A DNA stretch of 63,946 bases, filler included. It is 8 parts of 8 records of this genome, joined end to end, with 100 filler letters (N's around TTAATTAATTAA, not from the genome) between each part and the next. Parts side by side here need not be neighbours in the genome. Positions count along the whole stretch, not along the records: positions 30,313 to 42,052 come from SRR7504441_7493; positions 42,153 to 56,983 come from SRR7504441_7498; 6 more parts are not named here. One strand, 5' to 3'. Below are positions 33,401 through 44,642 of this stretch, in pieces. Position 1 is the first letter of the stretch. Each line of letters opens with the position of its first letter. A model generated the notes under the pieces. The model was not told the origin of the DNA. It worked only from the letters and a program-made list of their open reading frames with translations, and did not search any database. The position numbers were made by a program, and so were the translations under genes.

Positions 33401-36400
33401 TGCCTATGATTAGGCCAATCTGGAACAGCTGGTCGCTAGGTGCCGTTGCTTTCTATGGGGCTCATGCTCGAAGATCCTGAGCTTGAGAAGCAGCCAGCGC
33501 CAAGGCCACAAAATATTGCATTAGAGGTCAGCCCTGTGTCTGGTCTCGGTTTTGACCGGGTTACAGCTTATTGTGCCGGAGATCAAGGCAGCTCTGCATA
33601 ACAGTGCCACAGCACAACCTGCCGTACAACTGTCTTTCAGCGGGTTTGCCATGACACAGACGCCGGACAGCTGGCGGCGCGACGCGCCTAACAGTTCCTT
33701 AATCCGTCTGTCGATGCAATCTGTCAGCCTGGTGGCTGTAGTATTTGGTTCCACTGTCTGATACAGGGACAGGTGCCGCCAGATTCGGGCACGTTGCTTC
33801 ATATCAGCAGGCGGCCTGGCGAAGTATACGCTCTTGAGGTGGAGGCGCGCGTGCTGGATATGCATACGAGCGCCAAAGCACGCGTGGGCGAGACTAGGAT
33901 AGGCTGGCAGCCAGGCGCTGTGACCCACCTTTCTGAGACACTGCGAGGTTGGATGGACACGCTGACGCCAGCTGCTGAGTCTCTTGTGGCAATCACGCCG
34001 CGCATGCAAAGCATTCCGGATGCTGCCGAGCCGCAGCGCCCCAGAAGGACAATGGACGTAGAAGTAGAAGGATTTGAGGCGAGCACTCAGCTGTTCTCGC
34101 TGGTGGTACCACAGCAGCTCAGCTTTACTGGGCACATGGTGGTGCTAGAAGTAAGCCACATGAGTTTGCAGCCCTGACTTTCATCCAGGCGAGTATAAGG
34201 CTTGATGCAGATGCGAACATGACCTGCCACATGGCAATTGGAGAGGGCAGGCACAGCGTAGGCCGGCTAGAGCTGAAATCGGTGGTTTGCAGCAAGTTTG
34301 ACACAGCTCATGGAAACGAGCTGTTCCACATGGGGCCAGACGGCGTGACGCACATGCGCTACATGCTCGCAAGGTGCGCTCAGGCTAATATGCGAGTCTA
34401 TAACCTAGCCTTGGCAGCAATGCAGTGCAAGTGTCCATCTCTCGAATGCACCTGACGTTCCAGCACAGCGAGTTGAAAGTGTTTCAGGCGATTGCTGCAA
34501 CATGTCCTGGAATGAGGCTGGACAGGACTATCTCCTCGAGGATTCGTTTCTGTATGCTACAAAGGCTGCCTGGCCGCCGTCAAATGGGGCGGATTCCAAC
34601 CCTGAGGTCTTGATTTGTGTTGTCCTAGACTATCGTCTCCACCTCGGTGTCGATTGGTGTCGAGTCGACTGCATGGGGTAGAGGGGTGCGTCACAGGCGT
34701 GAATGTGTGTTGCTACCTGTTGTCGAGTGTGTCGACATATGTCGATGAGTGTCGACAACTGTCGTAGAATGCAGAACTACCTTTTCTTCAGAGAATAAGT
34801 GCCGGGGTGAAGGTGACGATTTCTGTCGACTCCAGTGTGGCAATGCTCAAGCACTTTGATGACCCTCAGGTAAGCTCAAGTGCGACGTTCCTTGAGAAAG
34901 CGCTGGCTGACAGGCGCTCCGCATGCATGTGCACCATGCTTCTGCATCCAACTACGCACCAGATGGCTGGCAGTTGCAGGTGAATTTGCCAGCATTGCTA
35001 TCCTTGCCGACTTGCCATACTTACCTAGAGTAGTTACCTAGGGTGACTATGGCAATGATTGGGCAACGCACATACACCAGACCCCTTCCTGTGTTTATGA
35101 TCAATCTGCTATAACCAATGCGCACAGGAGGAAGCGAGGCGCATCAAGCTACCACCCACTCACTTTCATCATTACTACTGCCAATTCAGGGCAGACTTTG
35201 ATCTGGTGTGCTGGGAGCATGGTACGGGTGCGCCACAGCCTGTGCCCAGCGAAGATGTGGGCAGGGACTGTGCCCCAAGGGGCTTGGCTCGTAGAGCCAA
35301 GCAGCTGCGGGGAAGCAAGTCAGGCAGACTTTGAGCGCAGTGCTGAGCAGGCAGCGACCATGGCCGAACAGAGCGAGGGGGGAGGAGCCACGGATCACGA
35401 AGATGCAGAGCTGGTGGCGGGACAAGTCGAGGAGGAGGCAGGAGCTGCCCCGATGGGCAAAGAGACAGCTCAAGAAAACTCTGCTCCGAGTGACGAGGCG
35501 GCTAGTGTAGATACCTCATGTGCCCTGGAGGGAGCATCTGACCATGAGGAGGCAGCCGTCGAGGCGCCTGTGGACGACTTCATGGTGGATGCTCTGTGCG
35601 TGGATGCATCTGGCTGGGTGATTGTATCCAACCAGCCATACGGGAAGGACAGCAGGCGGACTTCGGAGGCACTGTTGAGAGATGGGCTTCCAAACACACT
35701 GATTCAGGGGCATTTCGTAGATTTCAAGGTCCTGGCTACAGTTCCGGACTTGCAAGCTACAGCCGAGATCATGCTCCGCATGCTCAAGGACGACAGCAGC
35801 GAAGATACCTTCATGCTTGGAGCAAAGATATGGCTGAGTGATGCCACGTGCTGGATTCCACGGAGCATCGAGCGCACTCGTGTGACCGAGACAGACTTTG
35901 TGATTTCGTTGGTCAATGGGTTTATTGAGTTTAACTCAAAGTCTAACAGCCTTGACGATGGGCAGCCTGAGAGTAAGATGACAGTTCTACTGCACCAGAT
36001 GAGTGCACATGCCTGTGTTGCACCAGATCTGGAAATTCCACGGCTTGCTGTCTGGCAAGAGCCAAAGGTGGACATGTCAACCCGGTCCAGGAAGCGTTTT
36101 GATGCTGAAACTCCAATGATGAAAGTGGAATACAAGCTGCTTGGCGATCATACAGCTGATATGGTCTGCACTCTGAGCCAGAGTAACATCGGCTCGCTTC
36201 CTCCAGATGTAACAATGCGGTGTATCAAATTGGTGGGCCGGTGTGCACAGCATGTGCTCAAGCAAGATCTGGCCCAGAGCCCAAATCGGCAGTTCTCCTA
36301 TCAACTCTGCCTCAATCGAGTCCAAGTGCATCTGCCAGCTCACGCCGAGGGACCGCTGGACTATGCATCATATGCAGTGATAGAGGTGGGTACTGGCCAG

Positions 36401-39400
36401 TTGGGTCTAATCTATGGTCGAAACCAGAACGAGCTGGGTGATGATGAGGCTAACGTATTTAGTCAGTTGCCCCGAAGTATTGATGTGAGGCTGCAAGAGG
36501 TGGTCTGCTCGCTGATTGATCCAGGCTTGGACAGTACTATGCAGCGGTACTGCCTTGGACACCCAAACCCTGCCTCGCTGGTGTGGCGGGTGAGCTTTTC
36601 GCCATGCATTGAGGTGCCATAGCCCTGACCTGGATTTTCCTAGACCATTGTCTCCGCCTAGAAATTAGTTAGTGCCAAGTCGACTGCACTTTTGGGGGGT
36701 AAGCACGTAATCCCGGTTTACCATGGGTGGGGCGTTCGGCCTGGGTGTGAAATAATTTGCATATGCAATCTATTGCCAAGCGTGTCCCTGAGTGTGCTGA
36801 CAAGTGCCGGCCAACTATCGTAGACTGTTGTACAGTGTCGACAGCTGTCGTCGAGTGCTGAATTGTATGTGCACAGAAACCCGGAGTGTGGAGCTGCCAC
36901 AACTCGATCCAAATGATCCAGTGTATGGCCACAATCGACGCTGAGCTGCTGCGGAGTCTCAAAACGCTCTGGTACGAGATCACTCAGTACAGCATGGCCA
37001 ATGCCCGGCCGGATTCGGTGACGCCAAACCTGGATCTCACATTCCACCTCAGCTGCTGGCAATCAGGAGTGGTCCTTCAGCGACGGTTCGAGAGCGAGTT
37101 GCTGCCAATGGCCCAGTTCCGCTCTGATGAGGCAGTGATCCAAGCTTTCTATGCAGGAGACCGGAATTCTGCAGCTGTAGAGGTGGTACTGGGGCTCGAA
37201 GTGTCAGTGTTTGACACCGACAATGGGTTGTATTTGCCCGTGCTCCATCAGTGCACAATGGAGCTTAATTTGTCCCAGAAGCTTTCCGAGCGGGCTATCA
37301 AACTGCATTTGCTATCTTCACCGGTGCTTGTGACTCTCCAGGTGCCACTGCTGCGACATCTGAATAAATCGTGGGTGCCTGATGTGGTGGAGGACATGAA
37401 GAACATGCGGATGTACACTGGTATGATGTCGCCTCACGAGAAAGAGCTCGCAGAGGATTACACTGTACGCAATTTGCTACCTGTGGACCTCGAGATCCAA
37501 GTGGGTGATGCAGAGCTGGTGGCGGTGGCTACAGAAGGTCGTGCATCTATCCCAGCCGGATCGAAGATCCGGGTACGGCTATCTGGACTGGACTTGTCGG
37601 GGATGGAGTCGTGGAGCCACGAGATTTCACCGGAAGATAGCTGCTTTGTGAGTGAGGACATGACTGCTTGCAACACGTTTAGGCTTGACTGCACTGGGGC
37701 CTCGATGTTAATGGCTTGGTCGGCAGCACGAAACGGTATGGAGCTGTTGATATGGACTCAGTACGCCATTAGAAACCTGTCGTTCCTGGAGCTGGCAGTA
37801 CACTGGCCTGGATTTGGCCAGGGCAAGAGCCTTCCAATGGACGGACTCACTCTGGTTTGTGTGGACACCGAAGAGGATAGCGAGCAGGACCAGCAGCTGA
37901 GTGTGTCCCTGTTACAGGATGTGGCGTCGCCTGACTTGGCAACCGAGCTCCCCAAAGGTGCTTTGAGATATTCAGCGTTACAGGCCTGCTCTTCGCTTGT
38001 GCTCCAGGGCAGTACATGCTGCTTTGGGCTGAGTGCAACTGTGCATAAGGGGGACGGCGAGTGTTGGAGGACAACATTCATTACCTTTGATCCAAAGTAC
38101 ACACTCATTAACGCCAGTGATAAGGCGCTTCACATACTTTATGAAGGGCAGAGCGAGCTTCCAGGGGAAGATCAGATCCATGTCACAGTGCAGCCGGGCC
38201 AGAGCGAGCCACTATGGCTCCCAGCTGATGTGGTTGCTCCGCGTGCCAGGGCACGGCTATCAGACGAGTACGAATGGTCAAACACGTTTTTGTTGGACAG
38301 CGTAGGAGAGCACTATCTGCGGAGCCGGAAGGTGGGCAGCCTTCTTCCAGTGGTGCTTGGAGTCCAAGTGCTAGTGGCTGGCGGGCTCAAGGCCACATTT
38401 GAGGCGGAGGGTTTGTTGACACCATTCCAGATCCGGAACAAGTCGCAATACACACTGCGATACTGCCAGAACGGGTGCGCCCAGGGCGAGGAGATGGACA
38501 TCCTACCGCCCCGAACCACAGTGCCATACACCTGGGAAAATCCAGAGCAGCACCCAGAGCTGCTGGTCATGATAGACGCAGTGCATGGATGCAAGCTGAC
38601 TCAGGCACTGGTCACTCTGGATTCAATCCAAGGTCCTGTGGAGAGCCACGACGGCCGGGTTACCTCAGCTGCAGTCGAGCAGCCCTTCCTCTTTGTCGTC
38701 CTGGAGGATAGCCTAAAAATCGAGCATGTAATCCACCTGTCGGTTCACTCGCGTGCGGATGGTTGCAATGTGCTGGTCTGTTGGGAGCTCACGCCCTCAC
38801 CAGACACCCAGATGGTTGTGGTTCGAGAAGTTGAGGAGCTATGGGAGAACCAGCGCAGAGTATCACCATGGGACGACTACTCACACAAGAAGCTGATGCC
38901 GAGCGACCGAGGCCAGTACTCGGATTGCGATGGCAAACCGTCCTCGTTCGAGCAGCTGGATGCATCAATCGAAGATGGGTGGACCTGGGAGGACAGCTCA
39001 TGGACCGCTAGTGAAGAATATCAGTATGCCTTCAACTGGCATGATCATCACAAGAAGTGGCATACTAGCTCATCACTAAGGATGTTTGTCCGCCGCCGGC
39101 TGTGGAGGCGGGCGCGGGTGCAGGCATTGCTCCCCCCTTCAGTGTTCGAGCAAGTTGAAGATTTCAGACCGCCTGATCCAGAGCTGTGGTCTGGGTCCGT
39201 CAGAGTGGGTACTGAGGGGTGGGCACTCCCAATATTGACGAACGGGGCACTTGGGGAAGCCGAGGAGGGCGACGAAGAGCAAGAGACTATACAAATGCAG
39301 TGCTTTTCGTCGCCTCTATCTGAATTGGACATGGTGGAGGCATCTGAAGGGTCTTTTGAGTTTTCATTGCGGATTGTATTAGTCTGCTTCTCATTGGTCA

Positions 39401-41830
39401 GCGTAACTGGTGATCCTCTCGCGACTCTGTCACTTGGTGGAGTCGACTCTTACTTCTCTCGTATCAAGAATACCAACAAGGCCAAAGATGAGGCATGGAA
39501 TGTGAATGTGACTATCGACACAGTTCAGATAGATGACGACCACGATAATGACGCCAGATTTCCGATTGTACTATCTCTAGAACATTTCACAGGCAAGCCG
39601 TTGCTCCAGGTGGTCTGTTCTGGCCGACTGCATTCTGGGGCGATGGCAGAGCTCCCATTCGTCTCAATGCTGATCCAACCACTTCAAGTCAATCTCGATG
39701 AGTGCCTTGCCATGCAGCTGCTCGAATTATGGAACTTCCTTGCACTTGAAGTCCCTAGTTCCCCAAGCGGTGTTCTCCGATGTCGCGTCGGCCGGATGCT
39801 GCTTCAACCCGTGCGGATTATTCTGAGCTTCCGCCGAGCTCCCAGAGCCGACTTCGTCTCTAAGGCCTCCATGCGCGCCAGCTTTGGGTACGCGTTTGCC
39901 AACGTGAGTGAGAGCCCGCTCAATTTTGACGCCTTGCACATGGAGGATGTGACGCTCACCAGTCCCGTGCTGGTGCAGCTTGTCACAGACCACTACTCAG
40001 GGCTACTTAGGCAGCAGCTGGCTCGTTTGTTTGGGGCCTCAGATGTACTCGGCAACCCCATAGGCGTAGCACAGTCATTCAAGCGTGGGGTCACCTCGTT
40101 TATGTATGAGCCGTCGCACGGCGTTTCTCACAATAGGACAGTAGTGGCCCTCCAGCGGGCGGGTGCAGTGGGTGGTGGCGTGCTTAAAGGCACAGTAGTC
40201 GGTTCGATGGGATTTGCTAACGCAATTACTGCTACACTAAGTAAGAGTTTTGCTGTGCTCTCATTTGACGACAAATTTGTGGAGACTCAGAGCCGCGAGC
40301 AGAGGTCCCACTACGGCGCCGTAAAGAGTCTCCGCAGGCCAGTGGGAGCGGCATTTGGCTATGGGCTGAAGTCGCTGGGCAAAGGAGTATTAGAAGGCCT
40401 GGCTGGAATCGTAGTTCAGCCTGTGCAGGGAGCCCAGAAGGAAGGAATCAAAGGGTTTGCCAAGGGCGTTGGTAAGGGCATCGCAGGAGTAGTGGCCAAG
40501 CCTGTTTCAGGGGCAATTGATGTGGCTGCCGGCTCAATATGTGAGGTTGGTGGACTTGTTGAGCGGATCGGCGCCAAGCAAGCCCCTGTATTTCGAGGTT
40601 GCACCATCAGGAAGATCGAGGCCTCTCAGCGCTCCGAGCATAGGAAGACCCTACTGCGACCGATTGCTGAGCTTATCTTGGCCTACGACCGCGACGATCT
40701 CAACAAGCTACCTGATGGGTTTGTGCCAGTCAAGGTCAGAGGCCAGTCGGAGCCGGCACTGCTGCGATCCTGGCAGCGGGACGGCGAGGCGCTCACAATC
40801 CATGCTCGATATGGCACGCCGCATGACAGCACTTGCTACAGTGTCATCACGCTTCTTCAGTGCGACAAGCACGATGAGTTGTTAGACGACGGGCATGGCT
40901 TTTCCATCCTATCCAAGACAATCAATGGAAGGAAGGCTGTCTTTCGCGGGCCAGGCAGGTCGCGCTGGATGCTGGCAGTGAGATCGCCGATGCGGGGCAC
41001 GATCATGGACGAGAATATCATTGTGCACCTCGAGTGCTGCACAAAGCGCGACCACTCGGCAGTAGCACCCACAACAAGCTCGATCTGCACAGCTGGCCCG
41101 CTCTGCTCAAATGAGCACGACGACATGATCAGGCAGCAGTTGTACCTGGCCTGCTGCACTCGGCGGCCATTGTTCGATCCACTGTTTGGCGACAGCGCTG
41201 TGGCTGCACTCGAGCAGCGTCTTAGTGCAAGTTACATCAGCCTGCCCATTACATCGCTATGTGTGATCCACGGAGATAGCGAAGCTCCACCCGAGGGGTT
41301 CACGCCCATCTGGCGGACTTGGGGAGCTGGAGATGCCCGCCTGGGTTGGGGCAGCACCCCAATGTATATATGCGCGCATCGGGGCGGCGGGGAGCCACCA
41401 ATCACGGAGGTGGTGGTCGGTTGCACGCTCTCAGAATCGCTTGAAGGCTACGAGATGATTGAGCGCACCCCTAGTGGGCTATCTGCAGATCTCGATGGCC
41501 GTTCCCTGTTTGTGGGAGTCTGTCGGGACCCAGCACACGGGGCGCCTATCACTGATGTGCAGGTGTCAGATTGGGCTCAATGGAAAGCTAACGGGGGCTG
41601 GAAACAGGTGGTCCGGACTTGTGGATATGTCGCGTTTGGGTCGAAATATAGGTGTGCAGATGGTTAGCCTATTGCTGAGCTGTTGTTGCAGTATGAATGA
41701 CGAGATGTGCAACTTAGATTATGAAATAGTGCGAGTGACGCCCTCTGGCCAATATAGCGCAAAAGCAAACGGGAAAGACAGCAAGTTCATTTGCTTCTTA
41801 CGAATGCCTAGCGCTCACCTAGACCGGTAA
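30458..41830 (+). CDS. VPS13: VPS13-family bridge-like lipid transfer protein with a DysF insert and C-terminal MABP-like repeats
   Basis: Chorein N-terminus MFERFLLSFLERCLGRYV...VSVWKGTLELENL...GSIGVLQLHVPWKSL. VAB repeat PFQIRNKSQYTLRYCQ...PYTWENP. C-terminal ASDVLGNPIG and GIVVQPVQGAQKEGIKGFAKGVGKGIAGVVAKPVSG. Many short introns; the last exon ends at 41830. Confidence 0.9.
34623..34765. repeat. Dispersed repeat copy A inside the long VPS13 intron 34607-34767
   Basis: The first 51 nt match 36638-36688 at 38/51 positions without gaps. The end GTGTCGACAACTGTCGT matches the copy B end; rich in TGTCGA. Confidence 0.65.
36638..36851. repeat. Dispersed repeat copy B inside the long VPS13 intron 36590-36876
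   Basis: Shares both ends with 34623-34765 (TCCTAGAC...AGTCGACTGCA; GTGTCGACAGCTGTCGT). Confidence 0.65.
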
Positions 41831-42052
41831 TCAAATAAACAACGGACTGATCGTAGCAGACTGATAGCAAACAGAGTGCACACAGAGTGCTATGTTCGAT
41901 GCTTATAAGACAACGAAAATGTGGCTTCAAAGACAACGAAATGATAAGTGTAGTATAGCAATCATTCGCAAAGACTACATGTATAATCATAAGTTAATCA
42001 TAAGTCATGTACTTTGATGAAGTACAAGTCTCGCATGAATTCGGATACGAGG

Positions 42053-42152
42053 NNNNNNNNNNNNNNNNNNNNNNNNNNNNNNNNNNNNNNNNNNNNTTAA
42101 TTAATTAANNNNNNNNNNNNNNNNNNNNNNNNNNNNNNNNNNNNNNNNNNNN
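42053..42152. other. Artificial contig linker
   Basis: N44-TTAATTAATTAA-N44. Confidence 0.99.
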
Positions 42153-42384
42153 CACTACGAGGGCGAGGCGGGTGCCGAGCGGATGGTTCGCACCGAGTCA
42201 TCCGATGGCACCGTGATACACTGCGAGGGCGAGGCGGGTGCCGAGCGGAGGGTTCGCACCGAGTCATCCAATGGCACCAGCGGAGGGTTCGCTTCGAGTC
42301 ACCCGAGGGCACCGTGACGCTACAGTGACGCTCTATGAGGGCGAGAAGGGTGAGCACAGCAGTCAGTTGGCAGTGTTGCAGTGA
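42153..42384 (+). pseudogene. Degenerate 66-nt (22-aa) coding tandem repeat, HYEGEAGAERMVRTESSDGTVI type, frameshifted
   Basis: Copies at 42153-42218 and 42219-42278. The third copy lacks its first part (frameshift), and a GTGACGCT duplication precedes a final LYEGEKGE unit. Confidence 0.6.
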
Positions 42385-42653
42385 TGTGCAGTGCGGGAAT
42401 GAAAAATATGGATAAGCAAAAAAGGTGAAAGACGGCCTGATCACAAGACCAAGGTACGCCCAAGGCATCGAGCCTTGTGCGCTTGTGCACAAGACTCTGG
42501 ACAGAATCTCGCAGCCCCGGCGGCGCTTCGTTAGTTCATTGTATGTTACATCGATGAGTACGTAAACTCGGTACTCGTATAAGGACTTGTAAGAGCATTA
42601 TTAGTTCATGAGATGAGCTAAATTAATTGTAGCTCTCGAGCGATCATTACCCA

Positions 42654-44520
42654 CTACTGCTGTGAGCAGCCACCGGCGAGCTCACTATCCATCTCAAACT
42701 CGTGTGCCGCCTCCTCACAGCCTTTGGGCTTGTCACCCTTCTTGTTGCGCACCTCTGGGTCCGCCCCGGCGTGCTGGCAGAGCCCAACAAAAATCTTGGT
42801 GTTGTGAAATACCTGCATCGGCCAGCTCAGCCGTTGCTCCGGCAAGCACAACCTGTCCGGATTCCGGGTCCTCCCAGTGAGTGTAGTGGAGCGGTGTGTT
42901 GCCGTTGTCGTCCCGAAGGTTGACACCAGCCCCAGCCTGCTGCCGTGTCTATGCCCGGCCCAGCCCCGGCTGGCACCTGCACCAGTAGCCGGCTTATCTT
43001 GGCTGCGCCGTACTTGGCTGCAAGCATCAGCGGCGTGGTCCCGTCCTGCCCTGCACTCGGAACAGCAGCAAGAGCGCAGCACCTTGTCTCGCGCGTCAAC
43101 CACGCTCTGCTTGGTGCCAGCATTGGCGATCCGAAGCATCTCTAGAACCTGCACCGGCTCAACGGCATGTCTACTCACCAGTCGCCACCTTGCCAGCAAC
43201 ATCAGTCATTTTGGCTTTGGCACACAGATGCAGCACATTAGAGCCATCAGGATCTCTCACACGCAGCACGTGTGTTGTGTCCGGCAGCACCGTGCAGGTC
43301 ACATCGGCCTGCTGCATTGCGGCCACTGCAGTGCCCGCGTCCACAGTAGCCCGGGCTCGCAGCAGCGCCGAGCAACTCTGCTGATGGCCTGGCCCGCCGG
43401 ATCAGCCACACCCAAGCAGCCCACGCACCCCGCCGCGTTGCCAACAACAGCGCACTCTCGCCGCCTGCACCCCCAGGGCTCGGGCTTGGACCCGACCAGT
43501 GGCACCTGCATCCAGCTGGTTGACCGCAGCCCCGTGCTCGAGCAACAGAGGGACAGCCTCCCAGAACTTCTTAGTAATGCAAGTGTGCAGTGCAAAGTCG
43601 CCGGTCGCTGGATCCTTGAGCTGCGCGTTGGCCTTGGCATTCAGCACCAGCTGGAGCACCGTCTCGGATTTGCCTTGCAGCGTCTCAAACACGATCCCCG
43701 TAGGCAGCTGAGCCCTGTTGCCCAGCAGGTACCGGACACACTGGTCGTGACCCTTGGACGCTGCCAACTGGAGCGCCGTCCGGCCGACCTGCCGCTAGAG
43801 TGGGCCCGGCAGCCGGTCGAGGCCGCACCAGGTCCCTCCGGAGGCATTCTCCGGTGACTAGCACGTCAACACCCTCGCTCACCTCGCCCCCAGCCACCAG
43901 CCGCTGCAGCAGCTCCAGGTCGCCCCGCTTGGCCCCGTCCAGCAGCTGCAGCCGCGGGTCCCGAGCCAGCTCCTCCCGCTGCCGCTGGGCGATCGGAGTC
44001 TTCGGGCTCTTCGGACTGGCCACCGCCCGCCGAGGAGCCCGCGCGGCGCTGTAGCCGATCCCAGCCGACCCGCGGGCAGCTCGCCGCTCGGTCCGGCCAG
44101 GCCCGCGCACCTCGATCTCGAGGCACTCAAACATCTCAGCCGCGTCGCTGCCGGCACACCGGTCAGCGAGTCGGCCGGCGGGGCGGCGTACGCGAACATG
44201 CCGAACGGCTGCCGGTCGTCCAGCCTGTTGCTCTCCCAACTGAGGTATTCCTGCGGCCCAAGCTGGAACAGCGCCCGAGCCTCGCCCATGGTCATGCCGG
44301 CCGGCAGCTTGCCGGAGGCTTTGACCCGTCCATCGTACCAGAACACGGTCTGCACGCCAGGCTGGTCCGACACCGGCGGCTTCTGCATCCGCCGGGCCGG
44401 CACCCTCTGCTGGCCGGGCTTGGGCCGGTTCTGCTGGGCCCAGCGGACATAGTCGTCGTTCATCCCGTCCGACTCGTCCGACTCCGACTCCGACTCCACC
44501 ACACGAGGCCGACGTCTCAT
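42654..44520 (-). CDS. Ankyrin-repeat protein
   Basis: LLDGAKRGDLELLQRLV, GRTALQLAASKGHDQCVRYLL, GDFALHTCI...LLEHGAAVNQ, DGTTPLMLAAKYG and AGADPEVRNKKG, spread over several short-intron exons. Confidence 0.8.
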
Positions 44521-44642
44521 CTTGCACCGGCGCTCGAGTGACCGCGCCAACAAAAACGGCAGCAGGACGGTGGCCGTTGGAGCTCGACGGCGGTGGCCGG
44601 GGAGCATCGTCCACCGTCCTCTACCAGCCTCGCCGTTGGACA

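Noticed and set aside
35017-35026. ATACTTACCT matching the U1 snRNA 5' end
   Set aside because: No U1 stem-loop I (GATCAC) or loop II (ATTGCAC) motifs and no Sm site follow; it is one arm of a local hairpin.
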